In this document: in pieces, positions 42,904 to 57,023 of the stretch
Layout: the number at the start of each line of letters is the position of its first letter
Position numbering within the stretch: position 1 is the first letter of the stretch
DNA from: Eledone cirrhosa
Taxonomy: Eukaryota
Reading direction: 5' to 3'
Assembly (NCBI GenBank): GCA_964016885.1
Contig: OZ024742.1
Span: 187,984,001-188,048,000, forward strand
Length of the DNA stretch: 64,000 nt
Program-made: the position numbers and the translations under genes
Notes under the pieces: model-generated
The model's input: the letters and a program-made list of their open reading frames with translations, nothing else
Told to the model about the DNA's origin: nothing
The model's database searches: none

Positions 42904-44498
42904 TTTGTCTCCTGTCAACCTTTCATTGAAAGGTTAATAGGCGTCAAACTTAACCCGGAAAAGTCGGTGGGCTTGCAGCTCGGAACCTGGAGATGCAAGC
43001 CCATGCTGTCAAACAGCGTCGGGGGCGCTGGACGGACGGACCGATAAAGTTGCTCGAGCTTTGGTTCGGACCAGACCTCCAGGTGGAAGAGAATTGGGAC
43101 AAGGTAACGAGCAGAGTAGCCAGCCTCACCCAAAGATGGGCTGGGACGAACTATCACTGAAAGGTGGCGCGGAGGTGGCGTACGCGTATATCGCGTCCGT
43201 CATCTACTATCGCCTGACCGTCGTTCCTTGCCCCTGTCCACGCCTCATCAAGTTGGAACGACTCCTCTTCAAATTCTTGTGGAGGGCACAAGTTCCGTTG
43301 GTGAGGCGGTCCATCTGCTGCCAGCACACTCTACGCGGAGGCCTGGGCAACCGTGGCTAATGATGCACAGACATGCTTTGTGGCTGCGACATCTCCAGAT
43401 ATTCTGCCTAAACGGTGAACAGGTGTGGTCGCCGTTTATCAGACGGGCCTTTCCGCAGCACATTTCTTTGACTGAGCTGCAGTCCTGGGTGAAGAAGAGA
43501 CCGAGACTGGGTGACTGGCACCTGGAATGTTGCCAGGCACTCACAGCCCTCTACCTAGCGGGCAATGCGATCAGTGGAACTTCCACTCTCGAGTTCTATT
43601 GAGGATTAGTGGTGGGCAAGCGCGAGACGCACTCAGAGAAGCTTTGGGCCTCGACTAGTCTGTACCGGAGACGGTTTACAATTTCCAGACGATTTACAAT
43701 TTCCAGAAATCCCTCGCTTGGCAGTGCTACCGGGGGGCACTGCCGGTTCGGAATAAATTCTACAGGCACGGAAGTGCTGACATACGGACCTGCCCAAGAT
43801 GCGCACAGAACGACGAAACCGTTCTGCACGCACTTGTCCAATGTCCGTGCATTAATGACTTGTGGAGTTATGTCGAACAGCTACTGTCACATGTGGAACG
43901 AATCAGGCTATCGGCCGAGTCCATAGTGAAGATCAAACCGCCGCCTTCCTTAGGTCAGGAAGAGCAGGAAATTTTCCTGTCTGGTGGCAGTTGCGAAAGA
44001 GGTTTTATGGTGGACCAGATTAAAAGGACTGAAGACAGACACTTTTCTCTTCGGCCAATCCCTCATTACCTTCTTCAAGTTTCACCTGGAAAGGAAGGTG
44101 AGGGTGGAGAGAGAAGTGCTGCCCCCCAGTACATTTTCTAAAAGGTGGATGAATGTGGCGAGGATGGCTCGTGTGAATGGGCCTACTCTGAACATGCGCC
44201 TATAGGCTAGCTAGCTTGAGAAAAGGGGTGCTCTCCCTGGGTTCCCTAGAAGCGCAGCGTGGTTCAGTATTGGTGGTGTACCCGAGCCACCCCAGCGTCG
44301 TCCACCCCCAATCGGGGAATTTATTTTCTAGTATTTATGCATAGTTTATTTTATATTTGTATATCTTCATTGTTAAATTAGACTTGCCATTGTGCACTTT
44401 TACTCGACCTTATTGTAAACCCCCACTGTCCCTGTCTTTGTATTTCCCCTACATGTCGGCCATTGTAGCTAATAAATGAAATTATTATTATTATTATT
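42904..44498 (+). mobile_element. Tx1/L1-clade LINE, 3' fragment with AATAAA and (ATT)n tail
   Basis: GVKLNPEKS, LSLKG, LFKFLW, GGLG, zinc knuckle CPRC..ETVLHALVQC..W. ORF ends at 44205, AATAAA at 44471, (ATT)6 at 44481-44498, and (ATT)n also precedes the 5' end. Confidence 0.9.
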
Positions 44499-44499
44499 A

Positions 44500-45676
44500 C
44501 AGCTGCATTTATCTTGCTTTATGTTCCTACGAGTTATCACCAAGTCACAACCAGTGACCTCAAGAGACAACAAGGTCCGCCATGTTAAGAACATACATAC
44601 TCACACATGCATCTCTAGGTGTTTAAACTTGTAATGTACTTATATTGACAGAATCTTCCTTAGTATATGGGCAGTTCCCATTAGTACTATCTTTTGTATT
44701 TCTCCTATACGCGGGTTCCCTGGGATTTGCGATAAGTAATCATTAGACCCCTTAGGTATCATTCCTAGAGCGCCTACAACCACTGGTATTGTTTTAGTTC
44801 TCAATTTCCACATTTTTCCAATTTCTATCTCCAGGTCCTTATACTTGCTCAATTTTTCAAAGGTTTTTATAGATACATTCTTGTCTATTGGAACGGACGT
44901 ATCAATTAGCAGGCATACCCTCTTTTTAAAGTCCTTCAATATTATATCAGGTCTATTTGCATGTATTTTTCGGTCTGTTTGGATGCTAAAGTTCCACAAG
45001 ATTGTGATCTTTTTCAAGTATGGGAGGTGGTTGATGCTCCCACCAATTCTTTTGGTGGGGCAGGTCAAAATGTCTACACATTATCCAATGTATGTATTGT
45101 GCAGCTCTGTCATGCCTGTTTAGGTATTCAGTTGGAGCTATGGGACTGCACATTGAAATTATATGGTCAATGGTCTCTGGTTGTTTTTTGCATACACGGC
45201 ATAATGGGCTGCATCCATTTTTTATTATGTTGGCTTGGTAATTTTTTGTTGGCAGACACTGATCTTGTGCTGATATAATCAGTCCTTCAGTCTCCGATTT
45301 CAGTCCAGAGGATGCCAACCACTGATGGGTAAAAGTTTTGTCAACTTCAGGATTGTTAACTCGCTCTGGGTATTTTCCATACAGAGGTTTTTCTTGCCAT
45401 TTCTTAGCCAGTTTCTGTTGCAGTTCTTTCTTTGCAGTTACTTTTACCTGCTTTGCTTTTTCTGTGTTTTCCATTTCAGCAGTAAATGGGACTTCTGAAA
45501 TGTGTAGTCCATTACTGTATCTTTGTGCATCTTTTGTAATGGAATATGATCTTTTGATGCTTTCGTCTTTCAAAACGAGTTTGATCATCCAATCATGTGA
45601 TTCCCTTAGATATGTAGATAATCCAATTGCTGCAGTTTTCAACGCAATGTCTAACTGGATTAACCCACGTCCTCCT
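44500..45676 (-). mobile_element. R4/Dong-clade non-LTR retrotransposon, 3' fragment with restriction-like endonuclease
   Basis: GGRGL, ETEGLIISAQDQ, CRVC..ETIDHIISMC, RHD, ANRPDII..LLIDTSVP..EKLSKY, PVVVGALG. One frameshift near 45020. Flanked on both sides by (TAA)n on its own strand. Confidence 0.92.
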
Positions 45677-45911
45677 ATTATTATTATTATTATTGAATGC
45701 TATGGTTGACGGAGGCTCGGCTCTGTAAGGTATTGTAAATTTTGAACGCTATAACAATTGTAAATTGTTTAAAACTTTTACCAACTTGTAGACAAAAACA
45801 CCCTCCTCCTCGTGTGAGGGGTATTTCTGCCCGTTATTTGGCCCTTCGGGGTTAAATAACTGCTTATTGGGGTTTTGTGCCCAATATTTATTTTAAAAAC
45901 TCAAAAACAAC

Positions 45912-47752
45912 ATGGCTACGAAAAATAATTTTCATAAGTCACTCCCACTCATTCCGTCTTCTTCTTCCTCAATCGTCACAACGGCAGAGAGAAGATTGTC
46001 TCTCTCCCTCTCTTCTTTAAATGTGTCTCTGTCCCTCCCTTCTCTTTCGCAAGCGACGACAGAAAAGAAAAGTCTCGTGCAAAGGGTGCAAGATTTCTCC
46101 ACGACGACGACGACAACGACGACGAAACAGGTGTGCGGGAAATACGAAAACCCATTTCATTCGTCTGACGTCAGGAATAATAGCAGTAGCAGCCGAAATG
46201 ACAACAGCAATAGTGACAAGGAAAACAACAGTAGCAGCCGCAACAGCATCAGTAGCAGCATAAACAACAACAGTATTAGCTGCAGCAACAACAACAACAA
46301 CCACAGCCGTAAGGTGGAAAGAGCCACAGAGGCTCAAATACAAAAAGCCTTGGGGTCTGTGTGGCAGCGGAAAACACACATCACCCGAGGCAAGAAATAT
46401 GCCACCGTATACGTACTTTTTGCCACACCCCAGGACGCAAAGGCTTAATCCGTAGTGACCCTAAGGAGCGAGGAAATGGTGTTGGTGCCCTCCTACTGCG
46501 GGCAAAAAATTGTGAGGGTCAAACTGACCCACGTCCACCCCCCCGGGACGGCCCCTTCTTGGCTGGCCGCGTCTGTCCTCGTCGGAATCGAGGACAAAAC
46601 AACTGTACTGCAAGTACAGAAAAAAGTAAGAGAAGATTGGGTCGGCACCTCCATTGAGATGTTAATCCAAACCAACCAGGAGTGCATCGAAGCTATCCCG
46701 GATGTGATAGACTTCGATAACGGCACTCAACTGCCCATAAGTGTTGAGGGCAAACGCCCGAAATGCTTTCGCTGTGGATCGAAGACTCACCTCAGGGCCT
46801 TCTGCAACGAGAAGACCCTGAGAAAGGAGAAAACCCCCCTCCTTCCGAAACCGGCTCCACGGCTACCAGCAACAGGACAAGCGGCAACCAGGAACGATAG
46901 GTCCGTGGCACCCATACCTACGCCACGGAAATCAAATCAGCAGCAGCAGTGGAAGTATTAACAACAACAACAACAGCAATACCAAATGCAGCTGCAACAG
47001 AGACTCCAGTGCAAACATCACCAACAACAGCAAGTGAAAGAGTGGAGCTGATACCCCCTCCCCGACCTCACAGAATCAGACATGGAGTGTGAGGTGGGAG
47101 AGGGATGGCAAAAGGTCGTAAGAAGTCACAAACGCAGAAGCAGCGCATCGTCGCCTTTGAAAAGGGAGGAAGAAATGAAAAAAGGGTAAAGTCTACTGCA
47201 AAGAGACTCACAGCAGCAACACCACCAACACCATCACCACCCACACTAGCACCACCATCACCACCGGCGACAACCCCACCGCCAACAACAACAACACCTT
47301 CAACACCACCACCACAAGCACCAACATCGCAAACACAAGAAAAAAACACACACACCCAGCAAAAACGACAAGAAAATAGCAGAACCACATCCCACCCCCA
47401 GAAAAACAAATGCACGGCAATAAATACACACAACAAGAAACTAATGACTTACATAATTGAACACACAGACATTTCACAACACGAATACATAATAGCAGCA
47501 CCAATCAAAACGCCAACTAACATAAGACTGCTAAAAATACCACAGAAACAATACACAAACATTAAAACGAAATTCCCCAACGCATTTGGTGATTTCAGAG
47601 ACCTAGGAGGAACTATCAACCGAAGCGTATATTCGGACATACTCGTAGAAGAGCCGATGACCAGCCGAAGGGACGATTCAACGGTCCCTTCACCAGACGA
47701 TCAAGAGAAAAGGGATGTAAAAACCATCCCTCCTCTTCGGAAAGTACGGTAA
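45912..47752 (+). pseudogene. Tx1-type ORF1 (gag-like) with zinc knuckle, in-frame stops and frameshift
   Basis: ISVEGKRPKCFRCGSKTHLRAFC, plus low-complexity S/N, Q and P/T tracts. Confidence 0.8.
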
Positions 47753-47787
47753 GTGATCTTTCCCATCTTTTCCACTCTATTTTAAAC

Positions 47788-49644
47788 ATGACCTCACTCA
47801 GAATAGGCAGCATAAATGCACGTGGCTTGGGGTCGTTATGGAAGCAGGGTCACCTGCTCAACGACGTCAGGTCACTAAACATAGATGTAGTGGCCATCAG
47901 CGAGACCAGAATCTCCGAAGCACGGGCCTTCGCACGGATCTTCGGCGGCTACGATGTGTACGCATCTCCCAGCCGTCCTGGATCGGGGGGAGGAGTTGCT
48001 GTGCTTTTTCGGAGAGGTTTGGATCTCGCCATACGGGCCATCTTCCTGGACCCAGAGGGTAGGTTGGTGGTGCTGGACGTGACCAGCGGAGACGGGCAAG
48101 CTTTGAGGCTAGTGGCCGTCTATGCCCGATAGGAGCAAGGCGGCCTGATTTCTTCCGGCGTCTGGAGACCTTTCTTGGAACGTCCCGCTCTTTAGTGTTA
48201 GTGGGCGACTGGAACGGGATCTTAGATGCACGCTGGGACTGTGTGGGATTAGCGGATAGGAGTGGAGGGTGCAAGAGCCTCACCAACCTGCTCAGGCGTT
48301 TTGAACTGTCTGACAGGTACCGATTGGATTTCCTGAATGTGCCAATGTGGACTTGGACAAATCGCGTAGGGTCATCCAGATCATATCTAGATAGAGTATT
48401 TTGTAGGGAAATAGATAGGTCTAGCATAGGCTGTCCACAATTCAAGATAGTCAGCTACACGGACCACAAATTCGTGATCTGTGTGCTTGACTTAGATAGG
48501 CTTCATAGACGAGGATCCGGCTACTGAAAGCTAAACGCGTCCTTACCAGCGCGCAAGGCCTACAGAGACCGGATTAGCGAACTAGTTAAGAGGGCGTTGA
48601 CGGGGGCCATCGTCAACAACAAGTGGTGGTTTGCTCTGAAAAGAGCGATTAGAATAGAATCCATTAGGTTTAGTAAGGCTCTAGCAATAGAGAAAAATAG
48701 AGCAGAGGTAGAATTAGTTAGAAAATTAGACGAGGCGCTTAGTAAAGGCATCGCGACCGACGTGCTTGCGGCGAAATTGGTCCTTGACCAATTCTTCAAT
48801 GCAAAGCACGAAGGCTGCGTTGTCAGAGCAAGGGTGCGTGCTCTCAGACACGAGGGGACGAGAAGCCGTTCAATGGGCCCGAGTGGCGGAGGCGCGTCGT
48901 GGCAACAAAGCCACGATCCGGTCTTTGGTGGACCACGGCGGGCGCATGCTACTCGATCCCGGGCAAATGTGTGAAGCTTTTCAGCGGACACTTCGCTCAG
49001 CTGTTCGTGGGTCAGCGGTGGGCCGGGTCGAGGGATGGACTTTAGTGTCTACCTCGACGGACTGCCGCGGCTCTCGGCCACTGAGGCGAAGTGTTGCGAA
49101 AAGCCGATAACAGCCGCCTGGTTTGGATGGTCTGCCCTATGAACTTTACGTACAGATACCAGACTTGTTCGGAGGCCTCTTGGCGGACGTCTACAGCAAC
49201 TGGCAACAGAACGGGAGAATTCCCAGCTCTGTGAGCCAGCCGAGAAGCGGTGGCGCTGCTGAGAAAGGATCCGAACAAGGGGGATAAACTTAGATAATTT
49301 CAGGCCTATAACTCTGCTAAACACTGAGTTCAAGATTTTGGCCAATGTGTTAGCAAAGAGGTTGGCGCTTGTCGTTGGTGGTCTGGTGGGAGAGGCGCAG
49401 AGATGGGCCATTCCCGACAGATCCATCCACGACAACCTCCACCTCATGGGATACATCGTAGAGAGGGTAGATAGGGAATCTGGCACGGGTGGGTCCTTGA
49501 TCAATTTAGATCAGTCGAAAGCTTTCGATTGGGTCGACCATCGTTACCTAGCGGCAGTCCTGAAGGCGGCTGGTTTTGGGTCCTTCTTCAGAGGCTGGAT
49601 CGCTGCCATGCACAGCGACACCTGCTCTGTGGTGAGAGTGAACG
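47788..49644 (+). pseudogene. Tx1/L1-type ORF2 (APE plus partial RT)
   Basis: SINARGL, ISETR, GGGVAVL, VYA, GDWN, TW..SYLDRVF, TDH, Y*KLN, GLDGLPYE, FRPITLLNTEFKILANVLAKRL, LDQSKAFDWVDH. Confidence 0.93.
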
Positions 49645-49753
49645 CATCTCAACGTACACCCACTTACATCTCTCTCTCCACCCCTGGACCTTGTTACCCG
49701 GAGATTTACCCATTTGCCTTGTCGAGGCTTCCAAACGACTTAAAGTTATTTAT

Positions 49754-49790
<37 letters not shown>

Positions 49791-50040
49791 TATTTCCATC
49801 CAGCATGGCATAATAACACATATCAATATATACATACTCTCTGCATTTTAATTGAACCTTCGTCATTTCGATCAGCGATCACTTCGGTTCAGGGAAACTG
49901 TGTGTCTATGGGTGGGGTTAGTTTTGTGTGTATTAAGAATCTCATATACAACATATATATATATATATATTGGGTCGTCAATTACGAAATTTGTAGAAAT
50001 TTGTTTTTTTTCTATAAATTTCATACTTGATGACACAATA

Positions 50041-50467
<427 letters not shown>

Positions 50468-50709
50468 GAGAGGTGGTTACACACCAGTTAGATTCACCAT
50501 ACCCAGAACAATTATTTCACCTTAGCGGATCCTTAGCTCGTATTGGACATGGTTATATAAATATGTATATATATGGTTTACGTCTTCGGTATTCGTTGTA
50601 TTCAGCCAACTTCATTATAAGTTGCGCGAGTGATTCCATATGTAATCTCTAAAAGGAGTTAACATAACTTTCAGAACTCATGGATCAAATGTTCAAACAG
50701 ATTATTGAG

Positions 50710-51140
<431 letters not shown>

Positions 51141-51756
51141 CATAATCTACCCAGTAAAATGCGAAGGTCTCATCAAACTGTTTCCCATTGTTCATATCTT
51201 ATGTCGATCTAATCCATATCATCTCTAGAGACCTATTCATTTTTCAGTGTCCTCTTATGTTCGACTTAGTGAGCCTGTCTCTCCTGTTCTCCATTCTGTA
51301 CATAGATTTGTCCAACATTTATCATTTGTTCGTGCCTCCTGTACTTTTCCTTTTTTTTATTATGATTTATTTACACTTGTATAACAATTACAATTTACCA
51401 ATCGTAGCCTTTCCATATCTGACGTGCCCAGTCATTGGAGTGTCACACTATCCTTTCTAACAGTAAGTAATTCCCACTTATTTATGTCCTCGAAGATACT
51501 GAGATAGAACATGCTGTTAAGTCTATCTCGGCCGAAATATTGTTAAACCATAAATTGTTTTGTCTGTTTCTTCCTCTTCATCCTTCGGTTGTAAATTGGA
51601 GAATGCTGTTAGACATGGAGTCATGCCGGGACACGTGTCCGCATCCGGCAAGATTTTGTTTCTTTTTCACCGTAGCAATGTGCGTTTCCTGCCTTCCAGC
51701 ATATATATTAGATTGCTGCACTGCATGGCAAATATATTTGCCTTATACTCTCCGAA

Positions 51757-51980
51757 AATGTCATGATAAAGCTGAATCTCCTGGAGAAAAGCAATTCTAT
51801 CAGCTTTCCCACAAATCTCAATCTATATAAGTCTCTAGAGATATCCTGTCTTTTTGTCCGGATACAATAACTGGATATTTTCCAGCGACATGACACAAAT
51901 AATCCAATTGTTCCAGCACACATCCTTTATATGACAGCTTCGTATCACATAATTTATTACGCCAGGAAAAACATAATCTT
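51757..51980 (+). pseudogene. Ancient RTE-clade LINE fragment (post-RT region)
   Basis: Manual translation MIKLNLLEKSNSISFPTNLNLYKSLEIS..GYNNWIF..IQLFQHTSFI*QLRIT resembles the RTE pattern IWKS..IS..TK..LYKSLV.SILLYGCE.W..IQAFE..LRI. Confidence 0.55.
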
Positions 51981-53142
51981 CAGAAGGGAACTAATTTTAA
52001 AATATAATAGTAGGTATATTTTAATTAAATTAACAGCTAAACTTCTCAAACCAACCGTTTTGATAATAAATCGCTTGAAAGCGTCCAGCCTTTAAGATAC
52101 ATTCCTTAATACATTTATGTCGGAAACTTTAAGCTATATTCCGAAAACATTTCGGTAATTAAAAGTTATTTATTTAATAAATCGCTCACAACTCATGATC
52201 ATTTTCAAAATTATTTCAAGATCATATGTGGTATAAATAGGGTTAATATCAAAGTGTACCTTGGAAGATATGTATCAGGAAATAAATTCCCTCAAATACT
52301 CAGCGATTCCATCAGTTATATCTAATAAAAGTGAATTATTGGAATGGAATGGATTTGAATGCTTTTCCACAAAATTTGCTGGCCTTGGGTCTACATTACA
52401 AATCAGTACGAAAGATTATATATAATAACGTACCTGTTTTTGTTATTTTTTTTAGTATCAATTTACGATGTGATTAGCTAGTGAGTGAAAAACTGAGAAA
52501 TCGTTTCTTTATCATGACTGATCTGTGTAGGGAGATGGTTTTTCGAATCGGGAGGTCAGATATTTTTACCGTTATAGTTTGAAACATAAATATATGGGAG
52601 CGCGACGGGTAAGTTTTTAGTTGGTGAAATAAATGTAAAATGCTATTATAGGTTACTATGAGTAAAATTTTGTTTTAAACCTTTGTTTTATATATGAATC
52701 TATTAGAAAATTAAAAACAATTAAATTACATTAATATTATCAAAAAGTATTGGCTATCAAAGAATGACCTCCATTTGTTGAAAGTCGGTCGGTAATCAAG
52801 GGTATTAATCAGTTTGGACGTGTAAATAGTTTGTAGAACGAATGTTCTTTGAAGTAAATTGAAATAGATATTGTGATAAATATACCCATAATTAGATAAA
52901 CACACCCACAGAGATTTCAGTTTAGATATCTCAAGTACACACATACATATATATGGGTGTTATATATACGTGTATGGGCGTGGTGTATATATGTGGGTTT
53001 ATTTATGTATGCGTGTGTGTATTTCTGGATATATCCATGCGTATGAGTGTATGCATTTATATGTATAGACGTGTGTATCTGTAGGTGTTCTCTATATGTG
53101 TTATATCGTTTGTGTCTGCGTGCATGTAACTGTTTATGGATT

Positions 53143-53187
<45 letters not shown>

Positions 53188-53193
<6 letters not shown>

Positions 53194-53565
53194 GGAAAAA
53201 ATGAAATTTCATTTCACATTCTTAGTACGGCTGATACTTAAATATAAGTATGTATACGTACATACATATATGTATACAGACGTACAGTAGTATGTACATA
53301 CATGCATACATGCACACATATATATATGTACGTATGGGTTTACCTAACATTTATTATAATGTTTGGTTTGTTTGTAAACAAACATCCCGAATTAAGCCGT
53401 ACAGTATTCGGCAACCTTCGTTGACTTTTTGTTCAACACTGACTAAGGAACGATGAACTAGTTTCTAGCTTATTAGCTGTCATCACCACCGTATACCTTC
53501 CTGTCAGTCGATTGAACGTTTGAAAGTATATACTTTCCTTATGCATATTAATGGCTGAGCAGCCT
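53188..53565 (-). mobile_element. Family A retrozyme-like unit, single copy (HHR 53451-53491, decayed core)
   Basis: Collinear with 7138-7522. Minus strand reads CGGTG-GTGATGA-CAGCT-AATA-AGCTA-GAAA-CTAGTT-CATCG. Confidence 0.8.
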
Positions 53566-54135
53566 CCATAGGTAGATGTAACCCTTCTCTTTTCCTCTAT
53601 GTTTTCTTCTTCTCTTTGTCTCCTCCTATGACTTCCTTCCACCACCGATCTTCTTCCTCGTCGTATGTTTTTTCCCTTTCGCCTACCGCGAGGCAGCCCA
53701 TCGGGGCTCTGTAGCCTCAGTACCCCCACCCCGGTAACTTAAAAATAGCATTGGCCGATTACGCTATACTAACTAATTATAGTAGCTGTGTTAGACCCCA
53801 GAGATATTGTATTACTTTTTACTACCCAATTCTACAATTTCAATAATTCTTATTTAGTATATTCTATACTCAACTCATTCTATACTCAACTCATTCTACC
53901 CGTTCTTAACGTCCCTCCTCTATTTTCTCTAGAAATCTTTTTCCGCCTACCTCCTCTGGCCTACTTTTATACACAATCCTTAGAATTGAGCTGCTTTACC
54001 GGCTCCACCCACACCCGCATCATTCTATAGGCAAGTTCAGCCACCCCACCTCCACCCACTGCTATGATAGACTTATTTGTGTTTACAACAAATTTAGACC
54101 AATCCTCTTGACAACTACAATCTTCCCATATAAGG

Positions 54136-54242
54136 AAGTAAACCTGGAAAAGATCGGCTATTTATTTACCAGACTAAAAATTCTGATTTAGTTCAGAAAT
54201 AGCCGTCGAAACGGCTTGAGCTCTGCCGTCGGGCTCATACTT
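54136..54242 (+). ncRNA. Candidate extended type I hammerhead (GAGCTC-loop family)
   Basis: AAGTAaaCC-TGGAAAA-GAtCGGCTATTT..AAATAGCCGTC-GAAA-CGGC-ttGAGCTCt-GCCG-TC|GGgctcaTACTT. The core is one substitution from TTGAAAA. Confidence 0.55.
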
Positions 54243-54444
54243 TCTCCTATTACCCATGCTACTACCCTAAGTATTGAGTACTCTTGTCCGTTATGGTCCA
54301 TCTGTTTCCTTACCACAACTTCTTCGTTATATATATATATATATATACATATATATAAAAGCATAAATACACACACACACATATATATATATACGTGCCA
54401 GTGTGAATTTAAGTATATATATATGTGTCTCTCTCTCTCAGTCT

Positions 54445-54531
<87 letters not shown>

Positions 54532-54752
54532 CGAAGGAGATGTGGTAAGGAACCAGATGGACCATAACGCACAAAAGTACTCAATACTTAGGGTAGTAGA
54601 GTGGGTAATAGGAACAGGTATGATCCCGACGGCAGAGCTCAATCCGTTTCGACGGCTAAATCTGGACTGTTTAAATCTGGACTGACTGAACATGAGTCCA
54701 GATTTAGCCGTTGAAACGGCTTCAGCTCTGCCCTCGGGGTCATACTTGTTCC
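54190..54752. mobile_element. Two tail-to-tail copies of the GAGCTC-loop family around a microsatellite; right copy has a fold-back head
   Basis: 54190-54330(+) and 54528-54670(-), then a fold-back arm at 54695-54752. Confidence 0.8.
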
Positions 54753-54771
54753 TATATATATAATAAATATA

Positions 54772-54828
<57 letters not shown>

Positions 54829-55088
54829 GCAGCAAGAGAAAGCCAGATTGATATATACACTCCTACATATATCTGCTTGCTCTCTATCTGTGTGTCTTCT
54901 GTATCTGTATGTAGTTGTTAGAGATGTGATGTGGGCCATGGATGAGTTGATGGATATGTGGAGACAAAAATGTTGCAGAAAAAAGAAAATTGATCGGTAA
55001 TAATTAATAAATCAATATTTCTAAAATCGGAAAATTGTTGTATTAGTGACCGACTACATTTTTATATCTTAACATCACCTCATATATA

Positions 55089-55148
<60 letters not shown>

Positions 55149-55149
<1 letters not shown>

Positions 55150-55268
55150 TGTTATATATTGTATTTTGTCTGATGAAGGCATACCATAATTTAATATGGT
55201 ATCCCTGAAATATGTATAATGAAATAAATATGGTTTTATAAATATAGTTTCCATTTATTAATATCGTA
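55149..55268 (+). mobile_element. Family B copy 2 (HHR 55162-55226)
   Basis: CTGATGA-AGGCATACCA-taatttaata-TGGTATCCCT-GAAA-TATGTA-TA-ATGAAATAAA, nearly identical to 4308-4426(-). Confidence 0.82.
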
Positions 55269-55357
55269 TATATACATATATATATATATGCATATATCTA
55301 TATATATATATATATATATATATTTACACACACACACGCACACACACAAACACACAT

Positions 55358-55396
<39 letters not shown>

Positions 55397-55709
55397 CAGG
55401 AATAATACTTCTTTTTCTTTGTATTATAACTAAACTAATAGTTGGGAAGATAAAAAGAGTATTTAGGCATAATCTAATGTGATTTGTGAAAAGGATGAAA
55501 AAAAACAAACTTGACAAATTTATGTTAGTGTACTTAGTAAATTTCTCTCCGAACCTCTGTCTCTCTCTCTCTCTCTCTCTATATATATAATGTGTTTGTG
55601 TGTATACAATATATATATACAGCGTATGTATATATAAATAGATAGATCCCGAGTTAAATGCGGGATAACCACATTAATGGTTTTATGTCGGGGAGTTGCC
55701 TTTTCCTAG

Positions 55710-55887
55710 AAGAATGTCCTGACAAAGGCTAGGTGTCCTTCACTCCCAGATATATATACATATATATATATACGTATATATATATATGATTATGTGTGTG
55801 TATGTGTGTGTGTGTGTGTATGTGTGTGTATGTGTATGTATATATATCTTGGAGTGAAGGGCCCTTAGCCTTTGTCAGGGTATTCTT
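55710..55887. repeat. About 45-bp inverted arms flanking a microsatellite
   Basis: aagaatgtcctgacaaaggcta..ccttcactcc.agata matches the reverse complement at 55843-55887. Confidence 0.75.
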
Positions 55888-55896
55888 GTATCTATG

Positions 55897-55943
<47 letters not shown>

Positions 55944-56079
55944 TTATATTGTTATACTTTGGGAGGGTTATGTTGCCAATAAAAACACATGCGGCTATTG
56001 GTTTTCACTTCAATTTATCCTAAATTTACAGTTGGTTGGTTCGATAACGGAAGGTTATTTATATATTGTCAAAGCTATA

Positions 56080-56263
56080 CTTTTCGCACAAGGCCAGCAA
56101 TTATCCAGTACATTACTGGTACTTTATGTTATCGACCCCGTAAGGATGAAAGGCAAAGTTAACCTCGGCAGGATTTGATCTCAGAACATGAAGGGACGTA
56201 ATTCTTTTAATGCTATAAACCATGGCGTCCGACACTCTACCGATACAGCCAATTCACCGCCCT
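56080..56263 (-). mobile_element. SINE family 1, full length
   Basis: Head, core and 3' end all present. Confidence 0.9.
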
Positions 56264-56374
56264 GAATCCACCATAATAAGGCCCAAAGTTTATCGAAAGT
56301 TTAGTTTTATGGAGACACTACGTTTGTGAGAAGATGACCTATATTACTGTAGGAAATGTCTGTTTCAATATAAT

Positions 56375-56560
56375 TGTTTCTACGTTAGGCACAAGGCCAG
56401 CAATTAACCAGTGTATTACAGGTACTTTATTTTATCGACCCCGTAAGGACGACAGGGAAAGTTAACTTCGGCGGGATTTGAACTCAGAATGGCAAGGGCC
56501 GTAACTCTATGCGTCAAAGCATGGCGTCCGACCCTCTACCAATACTGCCAATCCACCGCC
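56375..56560 (-). mobile_element. SINE family 1, full length with 15-bp target-site duplication
   Basis: ctgtttcaatataat occurs at 56360-56374 and 56560-56574. Confidence 0.92.
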
Positions 56561-56726
56561 TGTTTCAATATAATGTTTAACAGTATTGCATATACAAAGG
56601 TAAAATAGATACGTAAGCGATTTCTATGTTGTTGTTATTTGACGGATTCAGCGATCACGATGGTAAATACGTTTCAATAGATGTTGGTGAGAGATACGCC
56701 GTGATACGCATGACCCCTCTGTAGAT

Positions 56727-56912
56727 ATTAGAAATAGAAGCTTTCACCGTATTTTCTATACTGATAGTGGGGTTTAGAACCCTCTAAGAAATAGAAAAAG
56801 ATGAGTATTGCGTGAATACTCAACTTTATCGATTTCTTAGAGGGTTCTAAACCCAACTATCAGGCTAACATTTATTTAGTAAGAAAATACGGCAAAAGAT
56901 TCTATTTCTAAT
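56727..56912. repeat. Fold-back element with imperfect arms of about 65-80 bp
   Basis: attagaaatagaa..ctgatagt.gggtttagaaccctctaagaaat followed by its reverse complement, with an inner hairpin gagtatt/aatactc. Confidence 0.8.
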
Positions 56913-57023
56913 TTCAAACTCACTCGCTGTTTCAAAGCATACTTACATGTATATATATATATATATATATATCAATGTATGTATAGTATATCTGGCAATA
57001 TACCGTATGTTTAATGAAAAAAG

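Larger units (their letters stand above)
45695..49644 (+). mobile_element. Tx1/L1-clade LINE, 5' portion (5'UTR, ORF1, EN, first half of RT), 3'-truncated
   Basis: Starts directly after (ATT)6. ORF1 has a CCHC knuckle and ORF2 starts at 47788. Confidence 0.92.

Noticed and set aside
53735-54030. ALADYAILTNY.. as a PLE endonuclease remnant upstream of the GAGCTC-family hammerhead
   Set aside because: Only one weak motif, insufficient to call.
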